A stretch of DNA of 64,000 bases, from assembly GCA_963817915.1 (NCBI GenBank), contig CAWFQL010000017.1:224001-288000 (forward strand), given 5' to 3'. Both the position numbers and the translations under genes were made by a program. This DNA comes from an uncultured candidate division Zixibacteria bacterium. Lineage in GTDB: Bacteria > Zixibacteria > MSB-5A5 > UBA10806. The notes beneath the pieces were generated by a model. The model made no database searches. It saw only the letters and a list, made by a program, of their open reading frames with translations, and was not told the DNA's origin. Below, piece after piece: positions 30,092 to 40,339 of this stretch. Each line of letters begins with the position of its first letter. Position 1 is the stretch's first letter.

Positions 30092-31213
30092 TCAGAATCG
30101 AAATGCCAGCGAAAATAACCCGAAAGCGATATCTTCATAATAATATGTGTCGTAGTGGTAATGGCCCATATTGCCATCATAGTTGTATGCCGTACCATGG
30201 GATTTTGTTGGCCTAATATTCCCTTGATAGCCAAATGAAGCTTCAATTGCCACATTGCATTTTCGATTGCGAATGATAGAAGTCCCAACCCCAATGTTCG
30301 CCAGCCACCCTCCTTTGCTCAAAAAGGATTGATCATACCAAGCAGGCGAGTATTTGCGGGTAGTTGGATAATAGTAGCTAAATGAATAGCCCCCCTCAGC
30401 TACAAAGTATGGACTTAAAGTCGCATTATTAATGTGATATCTCAAATCTGCAAATACAGGAACCATCAAAACATTATCTGCACTTTCCAAGCCGGCACCT
30501 GCTCCGACTGTAAAATGCCTACTCAGCCATATCCCGCCAATCACACTTGAATTATATATATTAAAATATTGATTTGTAATTCCGAAGGCGGCACCAGTCC
30601 TAAAGATTATGAACATTCCCGAATTCTCATCGGAGTATCTTGAGTTGAATCCGATGTCATTGTCTGATTTACTGCTTTCAAGATATTTCCCGATTCCCAG
30701 ATATCCCGAATCAATTATAAATTCGTCGGGGAATGATGATCTCAAAGAGAAATTGATGAAGTAGCCGGAAGGATATTTGTAATTGATTCCGGCAAATACA
30801 TGACCTTTGGCAGCGTACTTTACTTTGGTCATAGTCCCCAGTCTGCTTTTTGCGGTGGAGTGTGAACTTAAATTATGCAAGCCTGCGCCAACCGCAAGAA
30901 ATGGATATATATTAGTTTCGCCGATTTCAGATTCGTATTTTGCGAGCAGATAAGCGGACGAAGTGAATAAAAAAATGCTGCCGCTATAATCGATATTTTT
31001 CTTTAACGAAAATGATCCATGATACCTCAATTCTGGTTTTATGGGGAAATTGATGTCGGGCTCCAAAAACCATGATCCATTTAATGTCCAATCGAGGTAT
31101 CCCTTCGGAGCGCCAATCTGGCCTATAATACCCATTTGATGAGCACGCGAAAAATCGTAAGAGACGAATTGAATGATAGCCACAAGCGTTAGGACAATTA
31201 TTCTATTTCGCAT
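30092..31213 (-). CDS. Outer-membrane protein, apparently two small beta-barrel domains in tandem
   Basis: Signal peptide from MRNRIIVL; YPFLAVGAGL and SPYFVAEGGYS strands in each half; ends SLAFRF. Confidence 0.6.
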   Translation of the reverse strand: MRNRIIVLTLVAIIQFVSYDFSRAHQMGIIGQIGAPKGYLDWTLNGSWFLEPDINFPIKPELRYHGSFSLKKNIDYSGSIFLFTSSAYLLAKYESEIGETNIYPFLAVGAGLHNLSSHSTAKSRLGTMTKVKYAAKGHVFAGINYKYPSGYFINFSLRSSFPDEFIIDSGYLGIGKYLESSKSDNDIGFNSRYSDENSGMFIIFRTGAAFGITNQYFNIYNSSVIGGIWLSRHFTVGAGAGLESADNVLMVPVFADLRYHINNATLSPYFVAEGGYSFSYYYPTTRKYSPAWYDQSFLSKGGWLANIGVGTSIIRNRKCNVAIEASFGYQGNIRPTKSHGTAYNYDGNMGHYHYDTYYYEDIAFGLFSLAFRF

Positions 31214-31232
31214 ATTCTCTCCATCGCCTCGT

Positions 31233-31625
31233 TTAAATCTCGAACCAAAAAGTGTCGTCGTTCGAGAATCCATAAGAACCATAGAAGAAAACAAAAGCAT
31301 AAATTCCCTTATCGACCGGGTTGTTATTGGAATCAGTCAAATTCCATTCGAGAGTATGATATCCAGCTTCCAGACCCCCGTTTATCAAGGTCTTAATCCT
31401 TTCTCCAGTGCTTGATATGACATAAATTTCCACGTAACGATTTCGATCAAAATAGAAATGATAATAGGCAATAGTCCGCTCGGCATTCATATAGTAGTTT
31501 TTATCCCTATTGATTTCATTATCAGCTGGGTAAAAGCGCGGTTCGACGATATTTTTCTTATCGCAGGTAAATGTAAAAAGAACTGAAAGCAAAAAGATGG
31601 CGGGAATCAGTTTTTTCATCATCAT
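31233..31625 (-). CDS. Small lipoprotein with a FlgD Ig-like domain
   Basis: Lipobox-like TFTC; GERIKTL...AGYHTLEWN..D....V..GIY. Confidence 0.65.
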   Translation of the reverse strand: MMMKKLIPAIFLLSVLFTFTCDKKNIVEPRFYPADNEINRDKNYYMNAERTIAYYHFYFDRNRYVEIYVISSTGERIKTLINGGLEAGYHTLEWNLTDSNNNPVDKGIYAFVFFYGSYGFSNDDTFWFEI

Positions 31626-31691
31626 TGTTCTCCTATTACTCGCTAAATAGGCGATGCAGATAAATTCAGATTACCATTTTATTACAATTAG

Positions 31692-32449
31692 CTATTTCTT
31701 CTGTCTGATAATAATCAGCATATTTCTGATTTTTTCGGCCCATTCGCCTGCGGGTTCTTTTTCGAGGTAGCGGTTGAACCACTGTTCCGCGTAGTCGAAT
31801 TTATTCTGATTAAAATATAGCAGGCCCAGCATATACATCGCCTCGGGCATATCGCCGACCTTGACAGCATCCTGAAATTTAGCTTCGGCCTCCGTGGAAT
31901 CCCCAAACACGAAAGCGATCAATCCCAGACCGTAATAGGCCCTCGGATAAGTAGCATCGACCGAGATCGCCTTATTGAAATAAATCTTAGCCTGATCATA
32001 CTCTTTACGCAAATACCAGATAGTCGCCATGTTATTATAAGAGCGGGGATAAAGAAAATCGACCTGGGTGGCGCGGTCGTAATAGCTAAGGGCGTTATCG
32101 TAATCGCGCTGCAGATAGTATATATTGGCGATCGATTGATAGGCATCGACATCGCGGGGGTTAAATACGATGGCGGCCTCGTAATTGGCGATAGCCGCGG
32201 AATCGTTATTGATCTGCTGGTAGCAGACCGCCAATTCATGATATGCGGGAGCAAATTTCTGGTTATTCTTGATCGCCTTTTCATAGAGAGGTATCGCCTT
32301 GCCGGGTTGATTTTGAACCATGAAATCATGAGCCTTGGTATAATAATCCAAATATTCTGTTTTCGCCGCAGGCTTGGGGCCGCACGATATAGATAAGCAT
32401 GATTAATGCTGATATAATTGCTAGTCGCAGCCATATTGATATTTTTCAT
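31692..32449 (-). CDS. TPR-repeat protein, probably a lipoprotein (apparent frameshifts in the signal region ~32390-32446)
   Basis: Multiple TPRs in 31692-32351. Upstream, WLRLAIISALIML and SISCGPKPAAKTEYL lie in different frames from the ATG at 32449. Confidence 0.7.
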
Positions 32450-32475
32450 CTTCACCTCGAAAAATGGTCTAATAT

Positions 32476-32790
32476 TTAGTGACGTCCAAATATATGATTT
32501 AGCCTGTTAATAATCAAATTAAATTTGCCTTTAATACCAAGGCGGGAAAGCTTGCGGTGGATTTTGTCCGCGTCAGTGAGAGAGGGATTATATATTATTT
32601 CAGCCCGATCGATTTCTATTTTCGCTGATATAACACCTGCCAGCCCCTCCAGGGCGGCTCGAGAGATATTCGCTCATATAAAGCAGGGGAGCCCGGTAAT
32701 CGTGAAGATGGCAGTATTGCGGCCATCAGGGGAGTCGTTCACAGATACCAACATGACCTCGTATCGCTCAAAGACGCGTCTAAACATCAT
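32476..32790 (-). CDS. Putative selenoprotein: HMA (CopZ/MerP-like) domain with CxxU
   Basis: Hand translation ...AIFTITGLPCFI[TGA 32676-32674]ANISRAALEGLAGVISAKIEIDRAEIIYNPSLTDADKIHRKLSRLG. The HMA pattern continues in frame past the TGA, which sits at the second metal-binding Cys position. Confidence 0.7.
32639..32658 (-). promoter_or_regulatory. Putative bacterial SECIS hairpin
   Basis: GCCGCCC-UGGAG-GGGC(U)GGC; the G-containing apical loop begins 22 nt 3' of the in-frame UGA. Confidence 0.55.
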
Positions 32791-32814
32791 ATTCTATTAA
32801 ACTTCCAAAACGGA

Positions 32815-33498
32815 TCAATGCTTTCTGGCGATAATCTGGGCAAGCCCGTGCTGGTGGAATGCAGTCTGAGTACCGTGAGGCTTATCCCAGATCAAACCTT
32901 CATGATAATAGATAATTTCCCAATCCCTGAAATGTCCCGCCAAATACCCTTTATCAAGGAATGTGACCGAATAGCCGCGCTGATTGTGTTCGAGAGTCCG
33001 AGCAGATTCAGGCAGTCCCAATGATTTAAGATTTTTTGCGAATGATGGGTCTTCGATTGTAAACGCCTCTGCAGAAAAAATGCCTTCCGGCTCTACCAAC
33101 GATTTAAAATATTCGATGCGCTCGCCAATTGTATCTGGCGGAAGGAATTGAAGAATATTCATAAGAAGCACAAGATCAAATTTTCCCAGGTGGTTATGGG
33201 AATCGACAGCGTCAAGTTCAAACGTGCCAATATTCAGGTTAGTATCTTTTATAGTGTCTCTGATTTTCGTTAGCCCTGCTGCGGCGATTTCCGTGGCTAC
33301 TACGTCAAAGCCATGCCTGGCGAGAAAGAGGGCATCGCGGCCTTCGCCACATCCGATATCCAGCACGCGGATGCCCGGCGGCATCAAACTGCTAATAAGC
33401 GGTATTAACAGATTCGGTTGATCGCCCCAGTACGAAGCTGGCTGTGAATACTGATTATCGAAATAATCTCTGCTGGATTTGCTGTAGTTATTGTCCAT
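32815..33498 (-). CDS. Class I SAM-dependent methyltransferase (TehB-like)
   Basis: VLDIGCGEGRDALFLARHGFDVVATE; C-terminal H....H.H....IIARK typical of TehB-like enzymes. Confidence 0.8.
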   Translation of the reverse strand: MDNNYSKSSRDYFDNQYSQPASYWGDQPNLLIPLISSLMPPGIRVLDIGCGEGRDALFLARHGFDVVATEIAAAGLTKIRDTIKDTNLNIGTFELDAVDSHNHLGKFDLVLLMNILQFLPPDTIGERIEYFKSLVEPEGIFSAEAFTIEDPSFAKNLKSLGLPESARTLEHNQRGYSVTFLDKGYLAGHFRDWEIIYYHEGLIWDKPHGTQTAFHQHGLAQIIARKH

Positions 33499-33610
33499 TG
33501 ATTTGTCCTTCGCATAGTAATTACGCAAGAACTGCCTAACAGGCGATAATGATAGAATGGATAAAGTGAAAAAGGAAGATATTTCGGATTTCGATTTAGA
33601 GGCTTGGGCG

Positions 33611-33685
33611 TTATTTTAGCAATACCATTTTTCTGGTTTCCGATTTATCGCCTGCAGTTAAGCGGTAGAAATAAATGCCGGATGC
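33611..33685 (-). pseudogene. Orphan fragment of a C-terminal sorting domain
   Basis: ASGIYFYRLTAGDKSETRKMVLLK* begins 2 nt after the stop of the upstream gene and has no start codon. Confidence 0.7.
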
Positions 33686-33687
33686 TT

Positions 33688-35183
33688 CTATTTCATAAGG
33701 AGCATACGCTTAGTTGCCGAACCATATTCTGTTTTCAATTGATAATAATAAGCGAGGCGACATTTTGTCCAGAGCAATTTTTGCCATTCCAGGTAATACT
33801 ATGGATACCCGAATCGCGATAATCGTTATAAAAAGCCGTTACTTTTGTTCCCGTAATATCATAAATGTTCAGTTCAACCGCAGATGGCTTCGATAATGAG
33901 AATTCGATGTTGGTTTCAGCATTGAAAGGATTTGGATAGTTCTGACTAAGTTCGAAAGCAGCCGGAATCGGCGATTCCGGGATACCATTCTGATCGAATA
34001 TTACCGAATCCCGAGGAGTTTCAATAGTCGCGAGGCCATCAGAGAAACGGAAGTAATAATAATGAATGCCCGGGCTGGGCCAGGGGAGCGCTGTCCTAAA
34101 TTCCGATGAATCATTGTAGGTATGATCGGGAGAACCCATTCGAAACATGCCTCTATCGAACATGATATATGAAGTAACCGGCAAATTATTGTCAGCGTCA
34201 TTGTAGAGGCAGTAAGGGGTTATAGCCACATTCGGGATAACATCAAATCCGTAATTTGATAATGTCGGAGCTGTATTTGATCCTGTATTCAGGAATCCTG
34301 TCTGAGGTATAAAAGCAGAGGGATATATATAGTCATTGAGAGCGGGAGTTTGCGATGAGATTGTCAGAGTCAAACCCGATGTTAAGATATATCCGGCATG
34401 CGGAGGCCAGATGGGAAATTCAGGCTGGGATACAAGATCACTTATATTGCATGCCATGTAGAGATTATTGCCGGAAGTCTGATACTGGATATCGCCTATT
34501 CGGCTGAATGAAGTATCGGCCAAATTAATTCGAAAAAGGCCCGGCTGTATAAGAAATGGTACGGAGGCGTAAACAAGCGCAATCGTGGACAATTGTAGCG
34601 TATCGGGATTGATCAATGGGAAAACATAGGCATACATAGTCGTAAAGCCTTCGCTAGTCGGCCAGCCGCCGCCGACATTATTTAGCCGGACGAAAATCTT
34701 AGTATCTGAATAAGTAATTGCTGACCCGATTAGATCAAGAAATGGACCGGCTGAGCCGGGAGTCGTATCGCCGACCGCATCGGTCGCCAATGGCGCATAT
34801 AATACAGGAGCAGGCGGGAATTGGTTGGCGCGGTTAAAATATGATTGAGTCAGAACCAATGTATCACTCTCGACCCGGCCGTAAAACTGAATTTCCCCCG
34901 ATGGGTTAGGAAACCAGATTGTCCGCTCATAAGTATTTAAATAATTTGGGTCATCTACAAAATGCATCATAGTTACAGAGGTATCGGAATTGGCATTCCC
35001 AACTCTAGCATGAAGCTTTACATCAAATATTGGCAAGCCGAAGGGATCGATGAAGTCAAAATTGAATTTCGCAGAATCGTTAGTAGCCAGCGCGGATGAG
35101 CATATGTTATCGATTGGGGCGGATACGGCCGAAATCGACATGGCCGCCATCAATATTAAAATAAGTCCTATAGCATTTTTCAT
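33688..35183 (-). CDS. Secreted protein with a FlgD/T9SS-type C-terminal domain (apparent small deletion at ~33752)
   Basis: Signal peptide; FELSQNYPNPFN...QNVAS, continuing in another frame as YYYQLKTEYGSATKRMLLMK*. Confidence 0.75.
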
Positions 35184-35204
35184 CTTCACACCTCTTTATT
35201 AGAA

Positions 35205-35612
35205 TTACTTTTTTTGCTGTTTTAATTCGATCAGAATCCCTCCTGCGGATTCGGGATGAATAAAGGCGATCATCGATCCGCCCGCGCCTTTGCGAGGTTT
35301 CTGGTCGATCATCTTCACGCCTTTGGCTATCAATTCATTGACAGCCTTATTTATATCATCAACTGCCAGACAGAAATGATGGATGCCTGGCCCGCGTTTG
35401 TCAAGAAATTTCGATATTGCGGAATCGCTATCTGACGACTTGATAAATTCAACTTCGGAATTGTCCAGGTCGACCATCGAAAGGCTGACCTTGCTTTCAG
35501 GATTATGTTCGATTTTACCGGATTTCAAGCCGAATAATGTGTTAAATATTTTGGAATATTTTTCGATATCATCGACCGCTATTGCAACGTGATGTAATCC
35601 CAATATTCTCAT
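35205..35612 (-). CDS. mce: Methylmalonyl-CoA epimerase
   Basis: [32 protein letters not shown]; adjacent to the mutase. Confidence 0.9.
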   Translation of the reverse strand: MRILGLHHVAIAVDDIEKYSKIFNTLFGLKSGKIEHNPESKVSLSMVDLDNSEVEFIKSSDSDSAISKFLDKRGPGIHHFCLAVDDINKAVNELIAKGVKMIDQKPRKGAGGSMIAFIHPESAGGILIELKQQKK

Positions 35613-37186
35613 AAAGTAATATTCTCCTTATATTCCCCCCATATGGCCCTGAGGGTATCACATATCTCGCCGATAGTGGCATACGATTCAACGCATTCAA
35701 TAACACTCGGCATAATATTGCGGCCATTGGCGGCCGCGTCCTTCAATTTGCCCAGATACTTTTTAACATCTCCGGAATTTCTTTTTGATCTGATAGTATT
35801 CACAAATGCAGCCTGTCTGGTTTCGAGTTCGGGGTCGACTTTCAAGACATTGACAGATTCTGCGCTTTCATTATTGAATTGATTTACACCGACAACAATT
35901 CTTTTTTTCGCTTGTATATCTTTCTGATATTCATAAGCGGTGTTTTGTATTTCCTTCTGGAAATACCCGGCTTCTATTGCCTTCAAGGCTCCGCCAAGTT
36001 TATCGATTTCATCTATATATTTTTGCGCCCGCGTAATTATATCCGATGTCAGCGATTCCACATAATATGAACCGCCCAGAGGGTCAACTGTTTCGGCTAC
36101 CCCGGATTCATTGGCAATTATCTGCTGGGTTCTAAGGGCGATAAGGGCGCTTTTTTCGGTCGGCAGCGCCAGCGCTTCATCCATGGAATTCGTATGCAGC
36201 GATTGAGTGCCGCCTAATATTGCTGCCAGTGCCTGAATTGTCACACGGGCAATATTGTTTTCGGGTTGTTGCGCTGTTAAAGTAGAACCGGCGGTCTGAG
36301 TGTGAAAGCGAAGCATGCAGGAACGGTTATCCTTTGCATTGAATCGTTCCTTGATAATCTTCGCCCAGAGAAAACGAGCCGCCCTGAATTTGGCCACTTC
36401 TTCGAATAGATCATTGTGGGCATTGAAGAAGAATGATAACCGCGGGGCAAATTCATCGATATCGAGCCCGGCCTTGAGCGCATGCTCAACATAGCAAATG
36501 CCATCGGCCAGAGTAAACGCTATCTCTTGTGCCGCTGTCGAGCCGGCCTCGCGAATATGATAGCCCGAAATCGAAATTGTATTCCAATTGGGGATATTAT
36601 CTTTACAGAATGTAAAAATATCGGTAATCAGCCTCATTGAAGGCTGCGGTGGGAAAATATATGTGCCGCGAGCGATATATTCTTTCAATATATCATTCTG
36701 AATTGTCCCGCGAAGCTTATTGATGGGGACATTCTGTTTTTTTGCTACCGCGATATATAATGCCAGCAGAATAAACGCCGTGGCGTTGATAGTCATCGAT
36801 GTCGAAACCTGATCGAGCGGAATTTTATCGAATAGTAATTCCATATCGGCCAGGGAATCTATCGCGACACCGGTTCGTCCGACCTCGCCTTTAGCCATCG
36901 GGTGATCGGAATCATAGCCGATTTGCGTAGGTAGATCGAAAGCCACAGAAAGCCCGGTCTGCCCCTGCGATAGTAGGTAGCGGTAACGTTTATTCGATTC
37001 AATGGCTGTGCCGTATCCGGCGTATTGACGCATTGTCCAGGGCCGTTCACGATACATCTCAGAATAAATGCCTCGGGTGAATGGAAATTGGCCGGAGTCG
37101 GGAAGCTCGTGAGATAATTTCGCTATATCAGATTTATCGTAAATTCTATTAATCTGTATTCCAGATGATGTTTTCTTTGCTTTCAT
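35609..37186 (-). CDS. Methylmalonyl-CoA mutase, substrate-binding subunit (no B12-binding domain)
   Basis: [40 protein letters not shown]. The Tyr/Arg specificity pair is MCM-type. Confidence 0.9.
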   Translation of the reverse strand: MKAKKTSSGIQINRIYDKSDIAKLSHELPDSGQFPFTRGIYSEMYRERPWTMRQYAGYGTAIESNKRYRYLLSQGQTGLSVAFDLPTQIGYDSDHPMAKGEVGRTGVAIDSLADMELLFDKIPLDQVSTSMTINATAFILLALYIAVAKKQNVPINKLRGTIQNDILKEYIARGTYIFPPQPSMRLITDIFTFCKDNIPNWNTISISGYHIREAGSTAAQEIAFTLADGICYVEHALKAGLDIDEFAPRLSFFFNAHNDLFEEVAKFRAARFLWAKIIKERFNAKDNRSCMLRFHTQTAGSTLTAQQPENNIARVTIQALAAILGGTQSLHTNSMDEALALPTEKSALIALRTQQIIANESGVAETVDPLGGSYYVESLTSDIITRAQKYIDEIDKLGGALKAIEAGYFQKEIQNTAYEYQKDIQAKKRIVVGVNQFNNESAESVNVLKVDPELETRQAAFVNTIRSKRNSGDVKKYLGKLKDAAANGRNIMPSVIECVESYATIGEICDTLRAIWGEYKENITL

Positions 37187-37428
37187 ATTAAACCGCCGTT
37201 CTTAATAGCAAATATAGCATATTTCCTTGATTTTAAAACAGGAAAGTTTAACTAAACGGGCACGACTGTAAGTGTTGATTGCCAAATGAATTAGGAGCTG
37301 TCAAAAATAATGTTGACATGGTAACTCCAAATAAATATATGCCTTCATCTCCAGACCGGTATATTGATATCGGCGGGCTGAAGTGAAAATAAGCTAAAGA
37401 TTGAAAAACAACCAATAAAGAGGGAAGT

Positions 37429-38760
37429 ATGAGCGCAGAAAAAAACAAAGGTCAATCTGGAGCAGGATCAGGGCAGAATCCTGAAAGAATCACGGAAGGG
37501 CTTGAAAAAGCATCGGCATTCGATAATGCTATGCAGCAATTCGATCGCGCCGCGGGAATATTAAAATTATCCGCCAATCAAATAGCGGTGATTAAACAGC
37601 CACGCAAAATCGTAGAGGCTATTTTGCCGGTGCGGATGGACAACGGGTCAATTGAATTATTCAAATCCTACAGGGTTCAGCACAGTATCGCGCGCGGCCC
37701 GGCCAAGGGCGGTGTCAGGTTTCATCCCGATGTCAATATAGATGAAGTCAAGGCGCTGGCGTTCTGGATGACATACAAGTGCGCTGTAGTCGGAATCCCT
37801 ATGGGCGGCGGCAAGGGCGGCATCGTTGTCGATCCCAGAAAACTGAGCATAGGCGAACTGGAGCGGCTCTCGCGACGTTACTTCGCGGAATTGATTGATA
37901 TCTTCGGTCCCGACAGAGATATCCCGGCCCCCGATGTTAACACTAATCCGCAGATCATGGCCTGGTTCATGGATACTTATTCGATGCATCATGGCGATTA
38001 TATTCCCGCGGTTGTCACCGGCAAACCGATGGAATTGGGAGGGTCGGCTGGACGAAATACTGCTACGGCACAGGGGATGGTTTATTGTGTCGCACAGGCG
38101 GTCAAGCATTTTGGCCTGGAACTTTCCGAATTGACAGTCGCTATTCAGGGATTCGGCAATGCCGGATCATTCGCCGCTAAGCTCCTGCATGATCATGGCT
38201 GTACCATAAAGGGGATTTCCGATGTCGACGGCGCGTTTTTCAATGACAAAGGAATCGATCCCAATATCGCTATCGAATGGGTGAAGAAGAATAAATCATT
38301 AAAGGGATTCGAATCCTCCGGCCTGGCGGAGAAGATCGATGACGCTATGGCTTTGCTTGAATTGAAAGTCGATCTTCTTATACCTGCCGCGTTGGAAAAT
38401 CAAATTACCAAGAAGAACGCCGCCAAGATTAAGGCCAAGATGATTGCCGAATGCGCTAACGGCCCCTGCACTCCCGAAGCCGATGAAATTCTGGATGATA
38501 AAAATATCTTCATTATACCGGATATCCTTTGTAACGCCGGCGGCGTGACTGTATCATATCTGGAATGGGTGCAGAATCGCATGGGATACTACTGGAAAGA
38601 GGAACATATCCAACGCGACCTGCAGGAAATAATGGAAAGATCATTTCTCAATATTTTGGAGACATCCAAGAAATATAAAGTCTCCATGAGGACTGCGGCA
38701 TTTATCGATGGTATCAGCAAAGTCGCCAGGGCCGCCGAGCTCAGAGGACTCTACGCATAG
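37429..38760 (+). CDS. gdhA: Glu/Leu/Phe/Val dehydrogenase (glutamate dehydrogenase)
   Basis: GPAKGGVRFHP, GGGKGG, DIPAPDVNT, QGFGNAG, NAGGVTVSYLEW. Confidence 0.9.
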   Translation: MSAEKNKGQSGAGSGQNPERITEGLEKASAFDNAMQQFDRAAGILKLSANQIAVIKQPRKIVEAILPVRMDNGSIELFKSYRVQHSIARGPAKGGVRFHPDVNIDEVKALAFWMTYKCAVVGIPMGGGKGGIVVDPRKLSIGELERLSRRYFAELIDIFGPDRDIPAPDVNTNPQIMAWFMDTYSMHHGDYIPAVVTGKPMELGGSAGRNTATAQGMVYCVAQAVKHFGLELSELTVAIQGFGNAGSFAAKLLHDHGCTIKGISDVDGAFFNDKGIDPNIAIEWVKKNKSLKGFESSGLAEKIDDAMALLELKVDLLIPAALENQITKKNAAKIKAKMIAECANGPCTPEADEILDDKNIFIIPDILCNAGGVTVSYLEWVQNRMGYYWKEEHIQRDLQEIMERSFLNILETSKKYKVSMRTAAFIDGISKVARAAELRGLYA

Positions 38761-38783
38761 CTGAAACAAATTACAAAAATAAT

Positions 38784-38811
38784 AGCGGCGGTCAGATGAT
38801 CGCCGCTTTTT
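38784..38811. terminator. Intrinsic terminator
   Basis: AGCGGCGGTC-AGAT-GATCGCCGCT followed by TTTT. Confidence 0.75.
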
Positions 38812-38854
38812 CTTCTGCTAGAGCGGATGAGCCAACAATGCGAAAACTTCATCA

Positions 38855-40339
38855 TCAGTCCAAATCATTGGAGCACCAGCCCGGAATGGGCGGCGGCCCC
38901 AGACCTTTATAGTAGTTTACCATGTAGGCTATATCCAATAGATTCACCAAGCAGTCCCCATTAGCGTCTGCTCTCAAGCGTGGCTCAGGAATTGGCTCTG
39001 GATGATATTTTAAGTAGTTTACCAAAAAGATTATATCCAATCCGTTAGTTATGCCATCTGCGTTAACATCGCCCGGAAAATAACTTGAAGCTACTCTGAA
39101 GACATCGGTCAGCACTTGCGTAGATGTCTTGGGATTCAGGATAATATCGCGACTCCCTGGAATTTTGAATTTTCTAATATATGAATAATCGTTGGAAGCC
39201 CTGAATCTCAATATTTCATCCCAGGTATTATTGGCCGATGATCTTAATATTATTATATTGGAACCTGTGCACAATGCTATCTCGGATTCGCTTTCTCCTG
39301 TGAAATTACCAACTAATATATCCCCGGAAGAATACCAATTACCGCTAATAGCTTGCCTATAGACTAATTCAAATTGATTATCTCCAGAGGATTCAAATAT
39401 AGAAAATATATCTTGCCCGATAGATAAATTCTTTGCGGATACCATAAATTCATTCAGGCCATCATGATCAGTATCTCCAATGAATTCCGTCGAATAAGCG
39501 TTAGGGCCTCCGGCATTACCCAGCCAGACAAATTCAAATGAATCATCAGCTGCATTTTCAAACATGATTATTTCGCCGTGAATCCCTCCCGCGAATATCT
39601 CATTTTTGCCATCGCTATCGATATCTCCCCAGCTCGGCTCGCCTTCGTAATCATGCACATAATCGTCGAACCTGATTGCGGTCTTATATTCATAATCATG
39701 TTGGTCATTAATTCCGTAAATATAATATCCCAGCCAAACTCGACCGTTGGGATAAAACATTATTTCGTCTAATCCATCATTATCAACGTCGCCTAGTTTT
39801 TCGTTCAAGATGCAATCGCAATTTTGTCCTAATGACCATATCATGGTGTCCGGATAACCGTAGTAGCTGTGACTTTCATAAAGGGATAGCTGGTGATGAT
39901 TATATGTCAGAAACTCCATTAGACTATCTCCATCCGTTTCACCGTAAGTCGTCACCCCACCAATTTGACCCATGCTAAGAATATCGAAATTCCATGGCGA
40001 AGTTAGCGTGTCCATATACAAATATTCATGGTACCAGCCATAAATTTCATCGGTTCCTGAATGATTTAGATCCGCAGCTTCAAGTGCCGCATACCACGGA
40101 AGGGTTGTTAATCTTTCGAAATAGTACCATGGCCTTATTGAGTCTTCAGTAGTAATTTCCGGCGGAATTGGTTCTTCGTTTTTATGGCTGGCGGGTTCAA
40201 TTAAGTATGGCCTGCTGAAACCAGTTTGGGGGTCTCTAATCTCTATCCTATTGCTATCCTGGCTGACAATCTCATATCCCGGCGGGATATCAATCGCCAT
40301 CGCCATGACAGGAATCAGCCATATTAAAAGAGCTTTCAA
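38855..40339 (-). CDS. Secreted FG-GAP/VCBS-like repeat protein with C-terminal dockerin (copy 1)
   Basis: GGAGG plus TTG start, signal LKALLIWLIPVMAMA; GDxDxDGxxE repeats; paired GDVNADG/ADANGD dockerin motifs. Confidence 0.8.
   Translation of the reverse strand: MKALLIWLIPVMAMAIDIPPGYEIVSQDSNRIEIRDPQTGFSRPYLIEPASHKNEEPIPPEITTEDSIRPWYYFERLTTLPWYAALEAADLNHSGTDEIYGWYHEYLYMDTLTSPWNFDILSMGQIGGVTTYGETDGDSLMEFLTYNHHQLSLYESHSYYGYPDTMIWSLGQNCDCILNEKLGDVDNDGLDEIMFYPNGRVWLGYYIYGINDQHDYEYKTAIRFDDYVHDYEGEPSWGDIDSDGKNEIFAGGIHGEIIMFENAADDSFEFVWLGNAGGPNAYSTEFIGDTDHDGLNEFMVSAKNLSIGQDIFSIFESSGDNQFELVYRQAISGNWYSSGDILVGNFTGESESEIALCTGSNIIILRSSANNTWDEILRFRASNDYSYIRKFKIPGSRDIILNPKTSTQVLTDVFRVASSYFPGDVNADGITNGLDIIFLVNYLKYHPEPIPEPRLRADANGDCLVNLLDIAYMVNYYKGLGPPPIPGWCSNDLD

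Noticed and set aside
32525..32800. Plus-strand 91-aa ORF from the track
   Set aside because: Antisense shadow of the HMA/CxxU gene; no recognisable motifs.
35609..37186. Isobutyryl-CoA or 2-hydroxyisobutyryl-CoA mutase
   Set aside because: RQYAG (Tyr) and YIARG (Arg) match methylmalonyl-CoA specificity, and mce is adjacent.
37299..37318. TGTCAA-N8-TTGACA inverted repeat between the divergent mutase and gdh genes
   Set aside because: Explicable as back-to-back -35-like hexamers; no convincing evidence for a specific operator.
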